Under the pieces are notes generated by a model. The model ran no database searches and was not told the origin of the DNA. It saw nothing but the letters and a program-made list of their open reading frames with translations. Both the position numbers and the translations under genes were made by a program. Positions 38,875 through 48,833 of a stretch of 64,000 nt of DNA are shown here, piece after piece. This DNA is from an uncultured Gemmatimonadales bacterium (GTDB lineage Bacteria; Gemmatimonadota; Gemmatimonadetes; Longimicrobiales; Longimicrobiaceae). The stretch covers positions 5,952,001 to 6,016,000 of the forward strand of contig OY970303.1 in assembly GCA_963716255.1 (NCBI GenBank), written 5' to 3'. The stretch's first letter is position 1. Each line of letters begins with the position of its first letter.

Positions 38875-38910
38875 TCTGCGGATCGCGATGACCGGCGAGG
38901 AGACAGAACG

Positions 38911-40212
38911 ATTTCTACCAGAGAACTTCACGAGCTGGCTGTGCCGCGGGAGCGCGCGGTCCTCGTGGGCGCGCCGGAAAAAGGCCTCCCGCAGCAGCTC
39001 GCCGACGAGCACATCGAGGAGCTGGGCCGCCTCACCGACACCGCCGGGCCCGAGGTGGTGGGGAAGCTCACGCAGAAGATCGACAAGCCCAATCCCCGCC
39101 TGTTCATCGGCGAGGGCAAGGCCGAGGAGCTGAAGACGCTGATCGAGGATTCCGGCGCCACCCTCATCATCTTCGACGACGAGCTGTCGCCGGCCCAGGG
39201 GCGCAACCTGGAGGAGGTCACCGGCACGCGCGTCATGGACCGCGCCGAGCTGATCCTGGACATCTTCGCCACGCGCGCGCGCAGCTCCGAGGCCCGCGCG
39301 CAGGTGGAGCTGGCGCAGCTCCAGTACATGCGGCCGCGGCTCACCCGCATGTGGACCCACCTTTCGCGGTCGCGCTCCGGACCCGGCATGCGCGGCCCCG
39401 GCGAGACGCAGCTGGAGACGGACCGTCGGCTGATCGACCACCGCATCGTCAAGCTCAAGGACGAGCTGGAGCGCGTGGCCCGGCAGCGCGCCACCCAGCG
39501 CAAGGGTCGCGAGGGGAGCCTGCGCGCCTCGCTGGTGGGGTACACCAACGCCGGCAAGTCGTCGGTGCTGCGGGGGGTGTCGGGGAGCGACGTGTTCGTG
39601 GAGGACCGCCTCTTCGCCACGCTGGACCCCACCACGCGCGCCATCGAGGTGGGCGAGGGCGCCGAGGTGCTGCTCACCGACACCGTGGGCTTCATCCGCA
39701 AGCTCCCGCACCACCTGGTCGCCTCCTTCCGGGCGACGCTGGAGGAAGCGCGCGAGGCCGACGTGCTGCTGCACGTGATCGACGCCTCGCACCCCAGCTG
39801 GGAGGAGCAGAAGGACGTGGTGGAGGACGTGCTCGCCGACCTGGGCCTCCAGGACCGCCCCACCGTGCTGGTGTTCAACAAGATCGACCGGCTCACGCAC
39901 GAGGAGGAGGAGGCGCTGCGGGCCCGATCGCCCTCGTACCAGGGGACCCCGGCCATCTTCGTTTCCACGGTGGAGCCCGGCGGGCTGGACGCGCTGCGCG
40001 AGATGCTGGTGGCCAAGGTGCAGGAGATGCGGCCCGAGGTGCGCATCACCCTGTCGTCCACGCAGGGCGGGATGCTCGCCGAGATCTACCGCGACGGCGA
40101 GGTGCTGGAGCGGGAGGACGGCGGGGCGGAGATCACGCTGCGCGCGCGGCTTCCCGCCTCCACCCTGGGCCGCCTGCGCAGCCGCGGCGTCAAGGTGTAC
40201 GGGATCGCGTGA
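38911..40212 (+). CDS. hflX: GTPase HflX (probable ATT start; alternative GTG at 38941)
   Basis: GPGETQLETDRR, GYTNAGKS, LFATLD, DTVGF, NKID; GAGGAG 8 nt before in-frame ATT. Confidence 0.95.
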   Translation: MSTRELHELAVPRERAVLVGAPEKGLPQQLADEHIEELGRLTDTAGPEVVGKLTQKIDKPNPRLFIGEGKAEELKTLIEDSGATLIIFDDELSPAQGRNLEEVTGTRVMDRAELILDIFATRARSSEARAQVELAQLQYMRPRLTRMWTHLSRSRSGPGMRGPGETQLETDRRLIDHRIVKLKDELERVARQRATQRKGREGSLRASLVGYTNAGKSSVLRGVSGSDVFVEDRLFATLDPTTRAIEVGEGAEVLLTDTVGFIRKLPHHLVASFRATLEEAREADVLLHVIDASHPSWEEQKDVVEDVLADLGLQDRPTVLVFNKIDRLTHEEEEALRARSPSYQGTPAIFVSTVEPGGLDALREMLVAKVQEMRPEVRITLSSTQGGMLAEIYRDGEVLEREDGGAEITLRARLPASTLGRLRSRGVKVYGIA

Positions 40213-41118
40213 GCGGAGCCGGTCCCGCGCCGGACGGGCTCTGGATCGTGGGGCCGGGGAGGACGGGGCTCGCCCTGGGGCTCCTCCTCCACCGCGCGGG
40301 CGCCGCCGCCCCGCTCGTCTACACCGGGCGGGGCGACGCCGCCCCGGCGCACCCCCTGTTCGCGGCGGATCCGCCCGCCGCGGCGTACCTTCCCTGGAGC
40401 GGCGCCCCGCCCGCCGGAATCGGCGGGGTCCTCCTCGCCGTCCCCGACGCGGTGGTCCCCGACGTCGCCGCCCGCCTCGCCCGGCTCCCCCTCCAGCCGG
40501 AAGTTCCCGTCCTGCACCTCAGCGGCAGCCTGGAGATGGACGCGCTGGCGCCGCTGGCGCGCGCCGGGCACTCCGTGGGCGGCCTGCACCCGCTCTGCTC
40601 GGTGGCCGACCCGGTGGAGGGCGCGGACCGGCTGCGCGGCGCCACCTTCGGCGTGGAGGGCGAGGGGGCGGCGCGGGCGCTGGCGGAGCGCATCGTCCGC
40701 GCGGCGGGGGACGGCGCTGGAGCTGGCCCCGGGGCATCGGACGGCGTACCACGCCGCCGCCGTGTTCGCCTCCAACTACGTGGTGGCGCTGCTCGCCGTG
40801 GCGGAGCGGCTGATGGCGAGCGCCGGGATCCCGGCCGAGCGCGCACGCCCCGCGCTCGCCGGCCTGGCAGCCGGCGCCGTGGAGAACGTGCGGGACACCG
40901 GCCCCGCGGCGGCGCTCACCGGCCCGGTGTCGCGCGGCGACGCGGCAACGGTGGCGCGGCACCTGGCGCGGTTGTCCGGGGACGAGCGCCGCTTATATTC
41001 CCTGCTCGCCGCCGAGACGCTGCGCCTTGCGCGCGCCCGCGGCCTGGACGCCGCCGCCGCGGCGCGGCTGGAAGCGCTGATCGCGAGCGAGCCCGGAGAC
41101 CCGCCGCCGCCGGGCTGA
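40209..41118 (+). pseudogene. Rossmann-like/DUF2520 protein with a frameshift in a G tract
   Basis: GPGRTG, LAVPD, HLSGS, LHPL in one frame; YHAAAVFASNY, ALTGPVSRGD in another; shift at 40706-40710. Confidence 0.75.
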
Positions 41119-41138
41119 GCCCGAAGCCACCGGGAGCC

Positions 41139-41277
41139 GCGTGAGGGATGCGCGCCCGGAGGGCCGAGACCCGACAGCAGTACCGTCGGGGCTCGGCTGC
41201 GTTGGGAACGGTAGTATCGTTCCCTACGCAGCGCGCAGCCCGACCCGAGCGCCAGCGAGGGGCACGCCCAACCCCGC
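41139..41277 (-). repeat. repeat family B copy 6 (diverged, compensated stems)
   Basis: CTCCGT/ACGGAG replaced by CTGCGT/ACGCAG; scaffold ends retained. Confidence 0.85.
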
Positions 41278-41319
41278 AGTTCAAAGCAGTTCGTCCCGGA
41301 AGCCCGAGCCCGACCGCTG

Positions 41320-42045
41320 ATGAGGCTGTACGTCAACATCGACCACGTGGCCACGGTACGTCAGGCCCGCCGCACGGACGAGCCGGACCCGGTGCGCGCC
41401 GCGGTGCTCGCGGAGCTGGGCGGGGCGGACGGCATCACCGTGCACCTGCGCGAGGACCGGCGCCACGTGCAGGACCGCGACGTGCGCATCCTGATGGAGA
41501 CGGCGCGCACCGGCATCAACCTGGAGCTGGCCGCCGCCTCCGAGGTGCTGGCGCTGGCGGAGGCGTGGCGGCCCATGCAGGCGACGCTCGTCCCCGAGAA
41601 GCGGGAGGAAGTCACCACCGAGGGCGGGCTGGCGCTGGACACCCTGGAGGCCCGCCGGCACGTGGCCGCGGCCGCGGACCGGCTGAAGGCGGCGGGGATC
41701 CGCACGTCGCTGTTCGTCGACCCGGACCCGGAGGCGGTCCGCGCCTCGGTGCAGATGGGGGTGGACGCGGTGGAGCTGCACACCGGCGAGTACGCCAACA
41801 CCCGCGGCGCCGAGCGCGACGCGCAGCTGGGCCGCCTGCGCCGCGCCGCCTCGCTGGGGCGCTCGCTGGGGCTGGCGGTGCACGCGGGGCACGGCCTCAC
41901 CTACGAGAACGTGACGCCGGTGGCCATGGTCCCCGAGATCGAGGAGCTGAACATCGGCCACTCCATCATCAGCCGCGCCGTGCTGGTGGGGCTGGAGCGC
42001 GCCACGCGCGAGATGGCGGAGATCCTCCGCCGGGCGCGCGCCTGA
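41320..42045 (+). CDS. pdxJ: pyridoxine 5'-phosphate synthase
   Basis: [38 protein letters not shown]. Confidence 0.97.
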   Translation: MRLYVNIDHVATVRQARRTDEPDPVRAAVLAELGGADGITVHLREDRRHVQDRDVRILMETARTGINLELAAASEVLALAEAWRPMQATLVPEKREEVTTEGGLALDTLEARRHVAAAADRLKAAGIRTSLFVDPDPEAVRASVQMGVDAVELHTGEYANTRGAERDAQLGRLRRAASLGRSLGLAVHAGHGLTYENVTPVAMVPEIEELNIGHSIISRAVLVGLERATREMAEILRRARA

Positions 42046-42062
42046 CCACCCGGAGAGAGCCC

Positions 42063-43490
42063 GTGTCCCAATCGCTGAGCGACTACTTCGCCCTGGAAGC
42101 GGGCGAGTTTCTGGACCAGCTGGACGCGCTCCTGGCGGGCGGCGGCACGCCCGACGCGGAGCGCTTCTTCCGCCTGGCGCGCGGCGTCCGCGGCAGCGCG
42201 CGCATGGCGCAGGAGACGCAGATCGCCGGGGTGGCGGAGGCGCTGGAGGGCGCCGCCCGGGCGCTCCTGGAAAGCTCCCTCCCCTGGAGCGAGGAGACCC
42301 GCGCCCTGGCGGTCCGCACGGTGGACAACCTGCGGGTGCTGGTGCGCGCGCGCGGCCGCTGGACCCCGGCCGAGGACGCCCGGGCCCGCGAGGCGGCAGC
42401 GCGCTGGACGGGGATGGCGGCGGAGCGGGGGCCCGCCCGCGCGGCGGACGGGGCGGCGGACCAGTTCCTCGCCTTCCTGCGCCGCGAGGTGATGGGGGTG
42501 GTGTCGGAGCTGGACCACGCCTCGGAAAGCCTGCGGCGGGCCCCGGAGGAGCGGGAGCCGCTGCGCGAGGTGGTGCGGCGCATGCGCCCGCTGCGCGGGA
42601 TGACGGGGGTGGACGCCCTCGCCCCCGTGCAGGAGGTGCTGGAAGGGGTGGAGGAGACGGCCGGCGCGCTGGTGTCGCGCCCGGGCGGCCTCACCGACGC
42701 GCACCTGGAGCTGCTCGGGGCGGCGCGCGGCGCGCTGGCGGCGGCGCTCGCGGCGGTGGAGCGGGGCGGCGACGCGCCGGGGCTCCCGGAGCTGGAGCGC
42801 TTCCGCGACGCCCGCGACCGCCTGGCGGAGGCGGCCTCCGGCGCCGCCGCCGAGGACCAGGACGTGCTGCCGGTGAGCGCGCTCTTCTTCGACGACGCGG
42901 GGCCGCACGTGGTGTCCTCGCCGCTGGCGCCGGTCCCCGCCGCGGGCGAGGGCGTCCCGGGCGAGGTGGAGCGCTTCCTCCGGCTGGAGGCCACCGGGTT
43001 CCTGGACCGCGCGGAGGCGCTGCTCGCCAGCGTCTCCGGCCGCCGCGACCGCAGCTTCGGCGGGGTTGCGGTGCAGCTCGCGGCGCTGGCGCAGTCGGTC
43101 TGCGAGCTGGCCGGGACGTACGGCATGGCCGCCGTGGCGACGGCGGCGGCGGGCGCCGCGGACGAGCTGCGCGCGGCGTCGGCCGCCCCGGAGGCGCGGG
43201 CGGCGCTCGCGCGGCTGCGCGCCGCGATCCCGGGCGCGGCGTCGGCCGCCCCGCGGCCGGCCGGCGCGGCGGCCGCCACCGAAGCCACGGCAGGGAGCGC
43301 CGCGGAGGCGGAGGACGGCGTGGTGCCGGTGGAGTCGCTGCTCTTCCGGGGCGGCGCCGCGCTCCGCGAGGCGCTCTCGCTCCGGCCGGAGATCGAGCGG
43401 CTGGCCGCGGCGTCGCCGGAGCTGCGCGGCCGGCTGGAAGAGCTGTTCGACCTGGTCTCACTGGGAATGGAAGCGCCCGCGGGCTCCTGA
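42063..43490 (+). CDS. helical protein with degenerate Hpt-like domains
   Basis: DYFALEAGEFLDQL...FRLARGVRGSARMA. Confidence 0.55.
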   Translation: MSQSLSDYFALEAGEFLDQLDALLAGGGTPDAERFFRLARGVRGSARMAQETQIAGVAEALEGAARALLESSLPWSEETRALAVRTVDNLRVLVRARGRWTPAEDARAREAAARWTGMAAERGPARAADGAADQFLAFLRREVMGVVSELDHASESLRRAPEEREPLREVVRRMRPLRGMTGVDALAPVQEVLEGVEETAGALVSRPGGLTDAHLELLGAARGALAAALAAVERGGDAPGLPELERFRDARDRLAEAASGAAAEDQDVLPVSALFFDDAGPHVVSSPLAPVPAAGEGVPGEVERFLRLEATGFLDRAEALLASVSGRRDRSFGGVAVQLAALAQSVCELAGTYGMAAVATAAAGAADELRAASAAPEARAALARLRAAIPGAASAAPRPAGAAAATEATAGSAAEAEDGVVPVESLLFRGGAALREALSLRPEIERLAAASPELRGRLEELFDLVSLGMEAPAGS

Positions 43491-43493
43491 CGA

Positions 43494-44561
43494 ATGAAGC
43501 TGAACGCAAAGGCGGTCCTCGGGATCGCGGTGAGCCTCCTCCTCCTCTGGTGGGCTCTCCGCGATGTTTCGTTTGCGGAGGTGGTGCACGAGATCCGGAG
43601 CGCGGACCCGGTGCTCTTCCTCCTCGCCGTCGCGGTCGCCACCTCGGGGCTGGCGATCCGCGCGCTGCGCTGGAAGTCGCTCCTGGCGCCGGTGGCGGCG
43701 GAGGTGCCCTTCCGCCCGCGCTACGCGGCCGTGTCCATCGGCTTCGCCGCCAACAACCTGCTCCCCGCCCGGGTGGGCGAGTTCGCGCGCGCCTTCAGCC
43801 TGGGCCGGCTGGCGGGGGTGCCCATCGGGGCGGTGTTCGCCTCGCTGGTGATGGAGCGGGTCTTCGACGGCATGGCCATCGTGGGGCTGCTCTTCGCCGC
43901 CATGGCGGCGCCCTCGTTCCCGGCCACCGCGGAGATCGGCGGGGTGGACCCGCGGGTGGCGGCGCGCGTGGTGGCCGGCGTCACCGGCGCGCTCGCCGTG
44001 TTCCTGTTCCTGCTGGCGGTGACGCCGGAGCGCTCGGTGTCGGTGGCGGAGCGGGTCGCGCAGCGGGTGCTCCCGCCCAGCATGCGCCGGCCGCTGGTGG
44101 ACGCGCTGCACTCCTTCCTGGGGGGGCTCGGCATCCTCCGCGACCCCCGGCTGCTGCTGGTGTCGGTCGCCTGGGCGCTGGCGCAGTGGCTCTTCCTGGC
44201 GCTCTCCTTCTGGCTGGCCTTCCGCGCCTTCGGGATCACGCAGGTGCCCTTCGCGGGCGCGGTGTTCCTCCAGTCGCTGGTGTCGCTCGCGGTGGCGGTG
44301 CCGTCGTCGCCGGGGTTCTTCGGGCCGTGGGAGGCGGGGGCGAAGCTGGGGCTGGGGCTGTGGGGGGTGCCGGCGGGTCAGGCGGTCTCCTTCGCCATCG
44401 GCTTCCACATCGGCGGCTTCATCCCGGTGACGCTGATCGGGCTGTGGTACGTGTGGCGGCTGGACATCCGCTGGAAGGACGTGGAGCGCAGCGAGGAGAC
44501 GGTGGAGGAGATCGTGGAGCGCGACGAGGTCACCTCGGCGCCGGCGGTGCCGGAGCGATGA
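43494..44561 (+). CDS. lysylphosphatidylglycerol synthase TM-domain (flippase-like) protein
   Basis: RALRW, NNLLPARVGEFAR, ERVFD, PSSPGFFG. Confidence 0.88.
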   Translation: MKLNAKAVLGIAVSLLLLWWALRDVSFAEVVHEIRSADPVLFLLAVAVATSGLAIRALRWKSLLAPVAAEVPFRPRYAAVSIGFAANNLLPARVGEFARAFSLGRLAGVPIGAVFASLVMERVFDGMAIVGLLFAAMAAPSFPATAEIGGVDPRVAARVVAGVTGALAVFLFLLAVTPERSVSVAERVAQRVLPPSMRRPLVDALHSFLGGLGILRDPRLLLVSVAWALAQWLFLALSFWLAFRAFGITQVPFAGAVFLQSLVSLAVAVPSSPGFFGPWEAGAKLGLGLWGVPAGQAVSFAIGFHIGGFIPVTLIGLWYVWRLDIRWKDVERSEETVEEIVERDEVTSAPAVPER

Positions 44562-45457
44562 CCGTCCGGGTGGAGGCGCCGGCAAAGGTCAACCTGCGGC
44601 TCCGGGTGCTGGCCCGCGAGGCGTCGGGCTTCCACTCGCTGGAGTCGCTGTTCTGCTCCATCTCGCTCGCCGACACGGTGGAGGTGCGCGCGGGGGAGCC
44701 GGGGATCCGGCTGGAGGTGCGGGGCGGGGTGGAGACGGGGCCGCCGGAGCGCAACCTGGTGGTGCGCGCGGCGGAGCGCTTCCACTCGGCGCTGGGGACG
44801 CCGCCCGCGCTGGACGTGGCGCTCGCCAAGCGCATTCCCTCGGCGGCGGGGCTGGGCGGAGGCAGCTCGGACGCGGCGGCGACGCTGCGCGCCCTCAACG
44901 CGCTGCACGGGGAGCCGTTCGGGCGCGCGGAGCTGCTGGCGATGGCGGCGGAGCTGGGGAGCGACGTGCCCTTCTTCCTGTGCGGCTCCGCGCTGGCGCT
45001 GGGGTGGGGGAGGGGGGAGCGGCTGCTGGCGCTCCCGGCGCTTCCCCCGCGCCCGGTGCTGGTGGCGCACCCCGGCGTCGCCATGCCCACGGGCGAGGCG
45101 TTCCGGCGGATCGCGGAGCGCCGCGGCGGCGCGTGGGGGCCGGAGGCGTTCGCGTTCGGGCTGGAGATGCTGGGCGGCTGGCCCGGGGTGTCGGCGCTCG
45201 CGGAGAACGACTTCGAGGCGCCGGCGCTGGAGGCGATCCCCGCGCTCGCCGCCGCCAGGGAGGCGATGCGGGCGCCCGGCGCGCTCGTGTGCCTGCTGGC
45301 GGGGAGCGGCGCGTCCATGTTCGCGGTGTACCCGTCCACGGACGAGCGGGACGACGCGGAGCGGCGGGTGAAGGCGCTCGGGCTGGCGGCGTGGACGGCG
45401 CAAACGCTGGCGGAAGAGCCGCCGGTCCGGGTTGACCCTCCCGGCGGGAGCGGCTAG
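44558..45457 (+). CDS. ispE: 4-diphosphocytidyl-2-C-methyl-D-erythritol kinase
   Basis: APAKVNL, KRIPSAAGLGGGSSDAA, LGSDVPFF, GSG. Confidence 0.95.
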   Translation: MTVRVEAPAKVNLRLRVLAREASGFHSLESLFCSISLADTVEVRAGEPGIRLEVRGGVETGPPERNLVVRAAERFHSALGTPPALDVALAKRIPSAAGLGGGSSDAAATLRALNALHGEPFGRAELLAMAAELGSDVPFFLCGSALALGWGRGERLLALPALPPRPVLVAHPGVAMPTGEAFRRIAERRGGAWGPEAFAFGLEMLGGWPGVSALAENDFEAPALEAIPALAAAREAMRAPGALVCLLAGSGASMFAVYPSTDERDDAERRVKALGLAAWTAQTLAEEPPVRVDPPGGSG

Positions 45458-45495
45458 CTTTTCCGGTCTGTACCGGCCTTTTTCGGGCCGGCGGC

Positions 45496-45566
45496 TGCCC
45501 CCTGGTGTAATGGCAGCACAGCGGTCTTTGGAACCGTTAGTGGAGGTTCGAATCCTCCGGGGGCAA
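45496..45566 (+). tRNA. tRNA-Gln (anticodon TTG), CCA not encoded
   Basis: TGCCCCC/GGGGGCA acceptor, GCGGT-CTTTGGA-ACCGT anticodon arm, GGAGG-TTCGAAT-CCTCC T arm. Confidence 0.95.
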
Positions 45567-45825
45567 TCCTTCATTGCTCGTGGCCCGTCCTGCGCTCGGC
45601 GCGGCGGGCCGCCTCCTTCCCGTGCCGCGGCCGTCCCGGCGCCCTTCGCGGCTTCCGTCCCGTCGTGATTCTCCGACCTTTCCCGCCCGGAAGACATCCC
45701 TTGATTCGCGCGCCGCTTCCACTAACTTCCACGCGTGAAGCGGCTTCGTCCCGGTGAAGCCCCTCGCCGTCCCGGTCCCCGGGGACGGCCTCCCCCGCCG
45801 GTCACCCCCGCCCGAGAAGCAACCG

Positions 45826-46749
45826 ATGCTGTCCCGCCGCGCCCTCCTCGCCGCACTCGCCGCCGCCCTCCTCGGCCCGGCCGCCGAAGCCCAGTCCGTC
45901 CCCGCCGTCGCGACCGCTCCCGCGCAGGCCGCACCCGCGCAGCCGTCGCCGAGGGCCAACCCCCGGCTGCGGATGGTGGTCAACGTCCCCGCCGGCCGCC
46001 TGGACCTGATCGCCGGCGATTCCGCGGTCAGGAGCTACCCGGTGTCCGTGGGGACGCGCGGGCACCCCACGCCCACCGGCACGTTCTGGATCTCCAACAT
46101 GATCTGGAACCCGCGCTGGCACCCGCCCGAGAGCGAGTGGGCCGCGGGCCGCAAGCCCGAGCCGCCCGGGCCCGGCAACCCCATGGGTCGCGTCAAGCTC
46201 CACATCTCGGAGCTGTACTACATCCACGGCACCACCAGCGTGGGGCGCCTGGGCGGCCCGGCCTCGCACGGGTGCATCCGCATGGCCAACGCGGACATCA
46301 TGGACCTGACGCGGCGGCTCCACGCGGACCGCACCCCCGGGTTCGGCAGGCAGCACATCGACTACCTGGTGGAGCACTCCAAGGTGACGCACGAGGTGCC
46401 CATCTACAACCCGATCCGGCTGGACGTGGTGTACCGCCTGGCCGAGCTGCGCGGCGACCAGGTGCAGATGCACCCCGACGTGTACGGCCGCGGCGGGCGC
46501 GTCCTCGCCGACGCGCGCGACCTGCTCCGCAGGAAGGGGCTCCCGCAGGACCAGCTGGAGCACCGCGCGCTCACCGACGCGTACGACGACTGGACGCGCC
46601 GGGGGAGAGGCCGGGTGGCACTGGCCACCCTCGCCGCGCCCTACACGCCGCCCCCGCCCCCCGCGCCCGTGCTGCCCGACCGCGCGGTGCAGCCCCGCCT
46701 GCTGGGCGTGGAGGTCGCCCGCGCCGACTCCGCCGGGGTGACGCGGTAG
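45826..46749 (+). CDS. L,D-transpeptidase (YkuD family), secreted
   Basis: YPVSVG, TPTG, NPMG, YIHGT...ASHGCIRM. Confidence 0.92.
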   Translation: MLSRRALLAALAAALLGPAAEAQSVPAVATAPAQAAPAQPSPRANPRLRMVVNVPAGRLDLIAGDSAVRSYPVSVGTRGHPTPTGTFWISNMIWNPRWHPPESEWAAGRKPEPPGPGNPMGRVKLHISELYYIHGTTSVGRLGGPASHGCIRMANADIMDLTRRLHADRTPGFGRQHIDYLVEHSKVTHEVPIYNPIRLDVVYRLAELRGDQVQMHPDVYGRGGRVLADARDLLRRKGLPQDQLEHRALTDAYDDWTRRGRGRVALATLAAPYTPPPPPAPVLPDRAVQPRLLGVEVARADSAGVTR

Positions 46750-46803
46750 GACGGACGATTCAGCGGCCCGTGAGAGCGGTCCGCTGAAACGTGAACACGG
46801 CGG

Positions 46804-46837
46804 ACGCCGGAAGCTCCCAGCGGGGGCTTCCGGCGTC
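46804..46837 (+). terminator. hairpin terminator
   Basis: GACGCCGGAAGCTCCC-agc-GGGGGCTTCCGGCGTC. Confidence 0.55.
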
Positions 46838-46855
46838 TCGCGTTGGGGGGGGCAT

Positions 46856-47125
46856 GGCCCTCACCCGGCTCGCTTGAGGCTCGCCACCCTCCCCCAATTC
46901 TGGGGGAGGGTTTCCCGTACCTCGGGTTTGCCGTTCTCCCCCTCTCCCGCTTGCGGGGGAGGGGGCCGGAGGGAGGGGGCTCGCCGTCGCGTGAGGGATT
47001 TCGGCCCGGAGGGGCGAGACCCGCGGGCAGTTTCGCGGGGCTCGACTCCGTTACGCACGGTTGTTTCGTGCGTTACGGAGCCGAAGCCCGACCCCGGCGC
47101 CAGCCGGGGACACGCCCAAACCAGC
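46856..47125 (-). repeat. module D (two parts) plus repeat family B copy 7 (46989-47125)
   Basis: scaffold match; hairpins identical to copy 1. Confidence 0.9.
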
Positions 47126-47262
47126 CGTAAAAAGCCGTTACGAACCTGCTCCCTGTCCGTCGCCCGCCCGCCCGCATACGTTTTGCATCGTCCCCAGGCA
47201 CCCGGAGCCCGCGCCCGCCCCGACGCGGCCCCACACCCAGGCCCCCCCGTTCTCCGCTCCCC

Positions 47263-48531
47263 ATGAGCCAGATGCTCGCGGTCATTCTCGGAGGTGGCGT
47301 CGGCACGCGGCTGTTCCCCCTGACCAGCGACCGCGCCAAGCCGGCCGTGCCGCTCGCCGGGAAATACCGCCTCGTGGACGTGCCCATCTCCAACTGCATC
47401 AACTCCGGCCTGTACCGGATCTTCGTGCTGACGCAGTACAACTCCGCCAGCCTCAACAACCACGTCGCGCGCTCCTACGTCTTCGACCGCTTCCACGGCG
47501 GCTTCGTGACCATCCTGGCCGCCGAGCAGACCGCGTCTTCGGGGCTCTGGTACCAGGGCACGGCCGACGCCGTGCGCCAGACGCTGCTGCACATCCGCAA
47601 CTACCCGCACGACCACGTCATCATCCTGTCCGGCGACCAGCTGTACTCCATGGACTACCGGACCATGCTGGAGCACCACGAGAAGCACGGGGCCGACATC
47701 ACCGTGGCGGTGACCCCGGTCCGCGCGGACGAGGCGCCCGGCTTCGGGATCCTGAAGACCGACGACGAGAACCGCATCACCGAGTTCCACGAGAAGCCGC
47801 CGCGGCACGAGCTGGGGGGCAAGGAGAGCCCCGTCTCGCCGGAGATGGAGGGCGCGGGGCGGACGTTCCTGGCCTCCATGGGCATCTACATCTTCAATGC
47901 CGGCGTCCTCACCGACCTGCTGGAGTCGCGCCCGGGCGACCACGACTTCGGCAAGCAGGTGATCCCCTCCGCGCTCCGGGAGCGGAAGGTGGTGGCGTAC
48001 CCCTTCACCGGGTACTGGAACGACATCGGCACCGTGCGCTCGTTCTTCGACACCAACATCATGCTGGCCCAGCCGCACCCGGAGTTCAACCTGTACGACG
48101 CGCAGCGCCCGCTGTACACCAACGCCCGCATGCTGCCGCCGGCGAAGATCATCCGCACCTCGGTGGAGCGCTCCATCATCGCGGAGGGGAGCGTGATCGT
48201 GGACAGCGACATCACCGATTCGGTCATCGGCATCCGCTCGTACATCAGCCACGGCACGCGCATCCACCGCACGGTGCTCCTGGGCTCCGACTACTACGCC
48301 TGGGAGGGGGGCGAGGGGCGCGCTCCGGTGTACGGCCCCAACAACCCGGGGATCGGGGAGGGGACGCGGATCGAGAACGCCATCGTGGACCGCAACGCGT
48401 CCATCGGCAATCGCTGCGTGATCACCAACAAGGAGGGGACGCAGGAGGGCGAGGGGCCGGGCTTCTACATCCGCGACGGCATCGTGGTCGTGGTCAAGAA
48501 CGCCGAGATCCCCGATGGCACCGTCATCTGA
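47263..48531 (+). CDS. glgC: glucose-1-phosphate adenylyltransferase
   Basis: GGGVGTRLFPLT..RAKPAVP, WYQGTADAV, LSGDQLY, EKP, SMGIY, DFGK. Confidence 0.96.
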   Translation: MSQMLAVILGGGVGTRLFPLTSDRAKPAVPLAGKYRLVDVPISNCINSGLYRIFVLTQYNSASLNNHVARSYVFDRFHGGFVTILAAEQTASSGLWYQGTADAVRQTLLHIRNYPHDHVIILSGDQLYSMDYRTMLEHHEKHGADITVAVTPVRADEAPGFGILKTDDENRITEFHEKPPRHELGGKESPVSPEMEGAGRTFLASMGIYIFNAGVLTDLLESRPGDHDFGKQVIPSALRERKVVAYPFTGYWNDIGTVRSFFDTNIMLAQPHPEFNLYDAQRPLYTNARMLPPAKIIRTSVERSIIAEGSVIVDSDITDSVIGIRSYISHGTRIHRTVLLGSDYYAWEGGEGRAPVYGPNNPGIGEGTRIENAIVDRNASIGNRCVITNKEGTQEGEGPGFYIRDGIVVVVKNAEIPDGTVI

Positions 48532-48572
48532 CTTGATCTTTGTCCAAACGGCTTGAACGGCTTACGACGACT

Positions 48573-48801
48573 GCGGGGTCGGGCGTGCCCCCGGCTGGCG
48601 CCGGGGTCGGGCTTCGGCTCCGTAACGCAGCAAACAACGCTGCGTAACGGAGTCGAGCCCCGGCAAACTGCCGCCGGGTCTCGCCCCTTCGGGCCGAAAT
48701 CCCTCACGCGGGTTTCGCGCTGGCGTCCGCGGGGGCCCCCACCCCGGCGCTGCGCGCCACCCCTCCCCCTTGCGGGGAGGGGGCCGGGGGAGGGGGCCCC
48801 G
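48573..48801 (+). repeat. repeat family B copy 8 (48573-48709) plus module D
   Basis: scaffold match, between glgC and the glycosyltransferase. Confidence 0.9.
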
Positions 48802-48833
48802 GCTCACACACATTTCCCGTTGACCCGGCTCCA

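Noticed and set aside
38888..39133. 81-aa ORF overlapping the hflX start
   Set aside because: Out-of-frame overlap with no RBS; the SD lies downstream of its ATG.
47170..47190. sigma-54 site before glgC
   Set aside because: Has TTGC but CG instead of the invariant GG at -24.
48573..48709. Family B as a hammerhead ribozyme (contains CGAAA)
   Set aside because: No CUGANGA core, and CGAAA is not conserved across copies.
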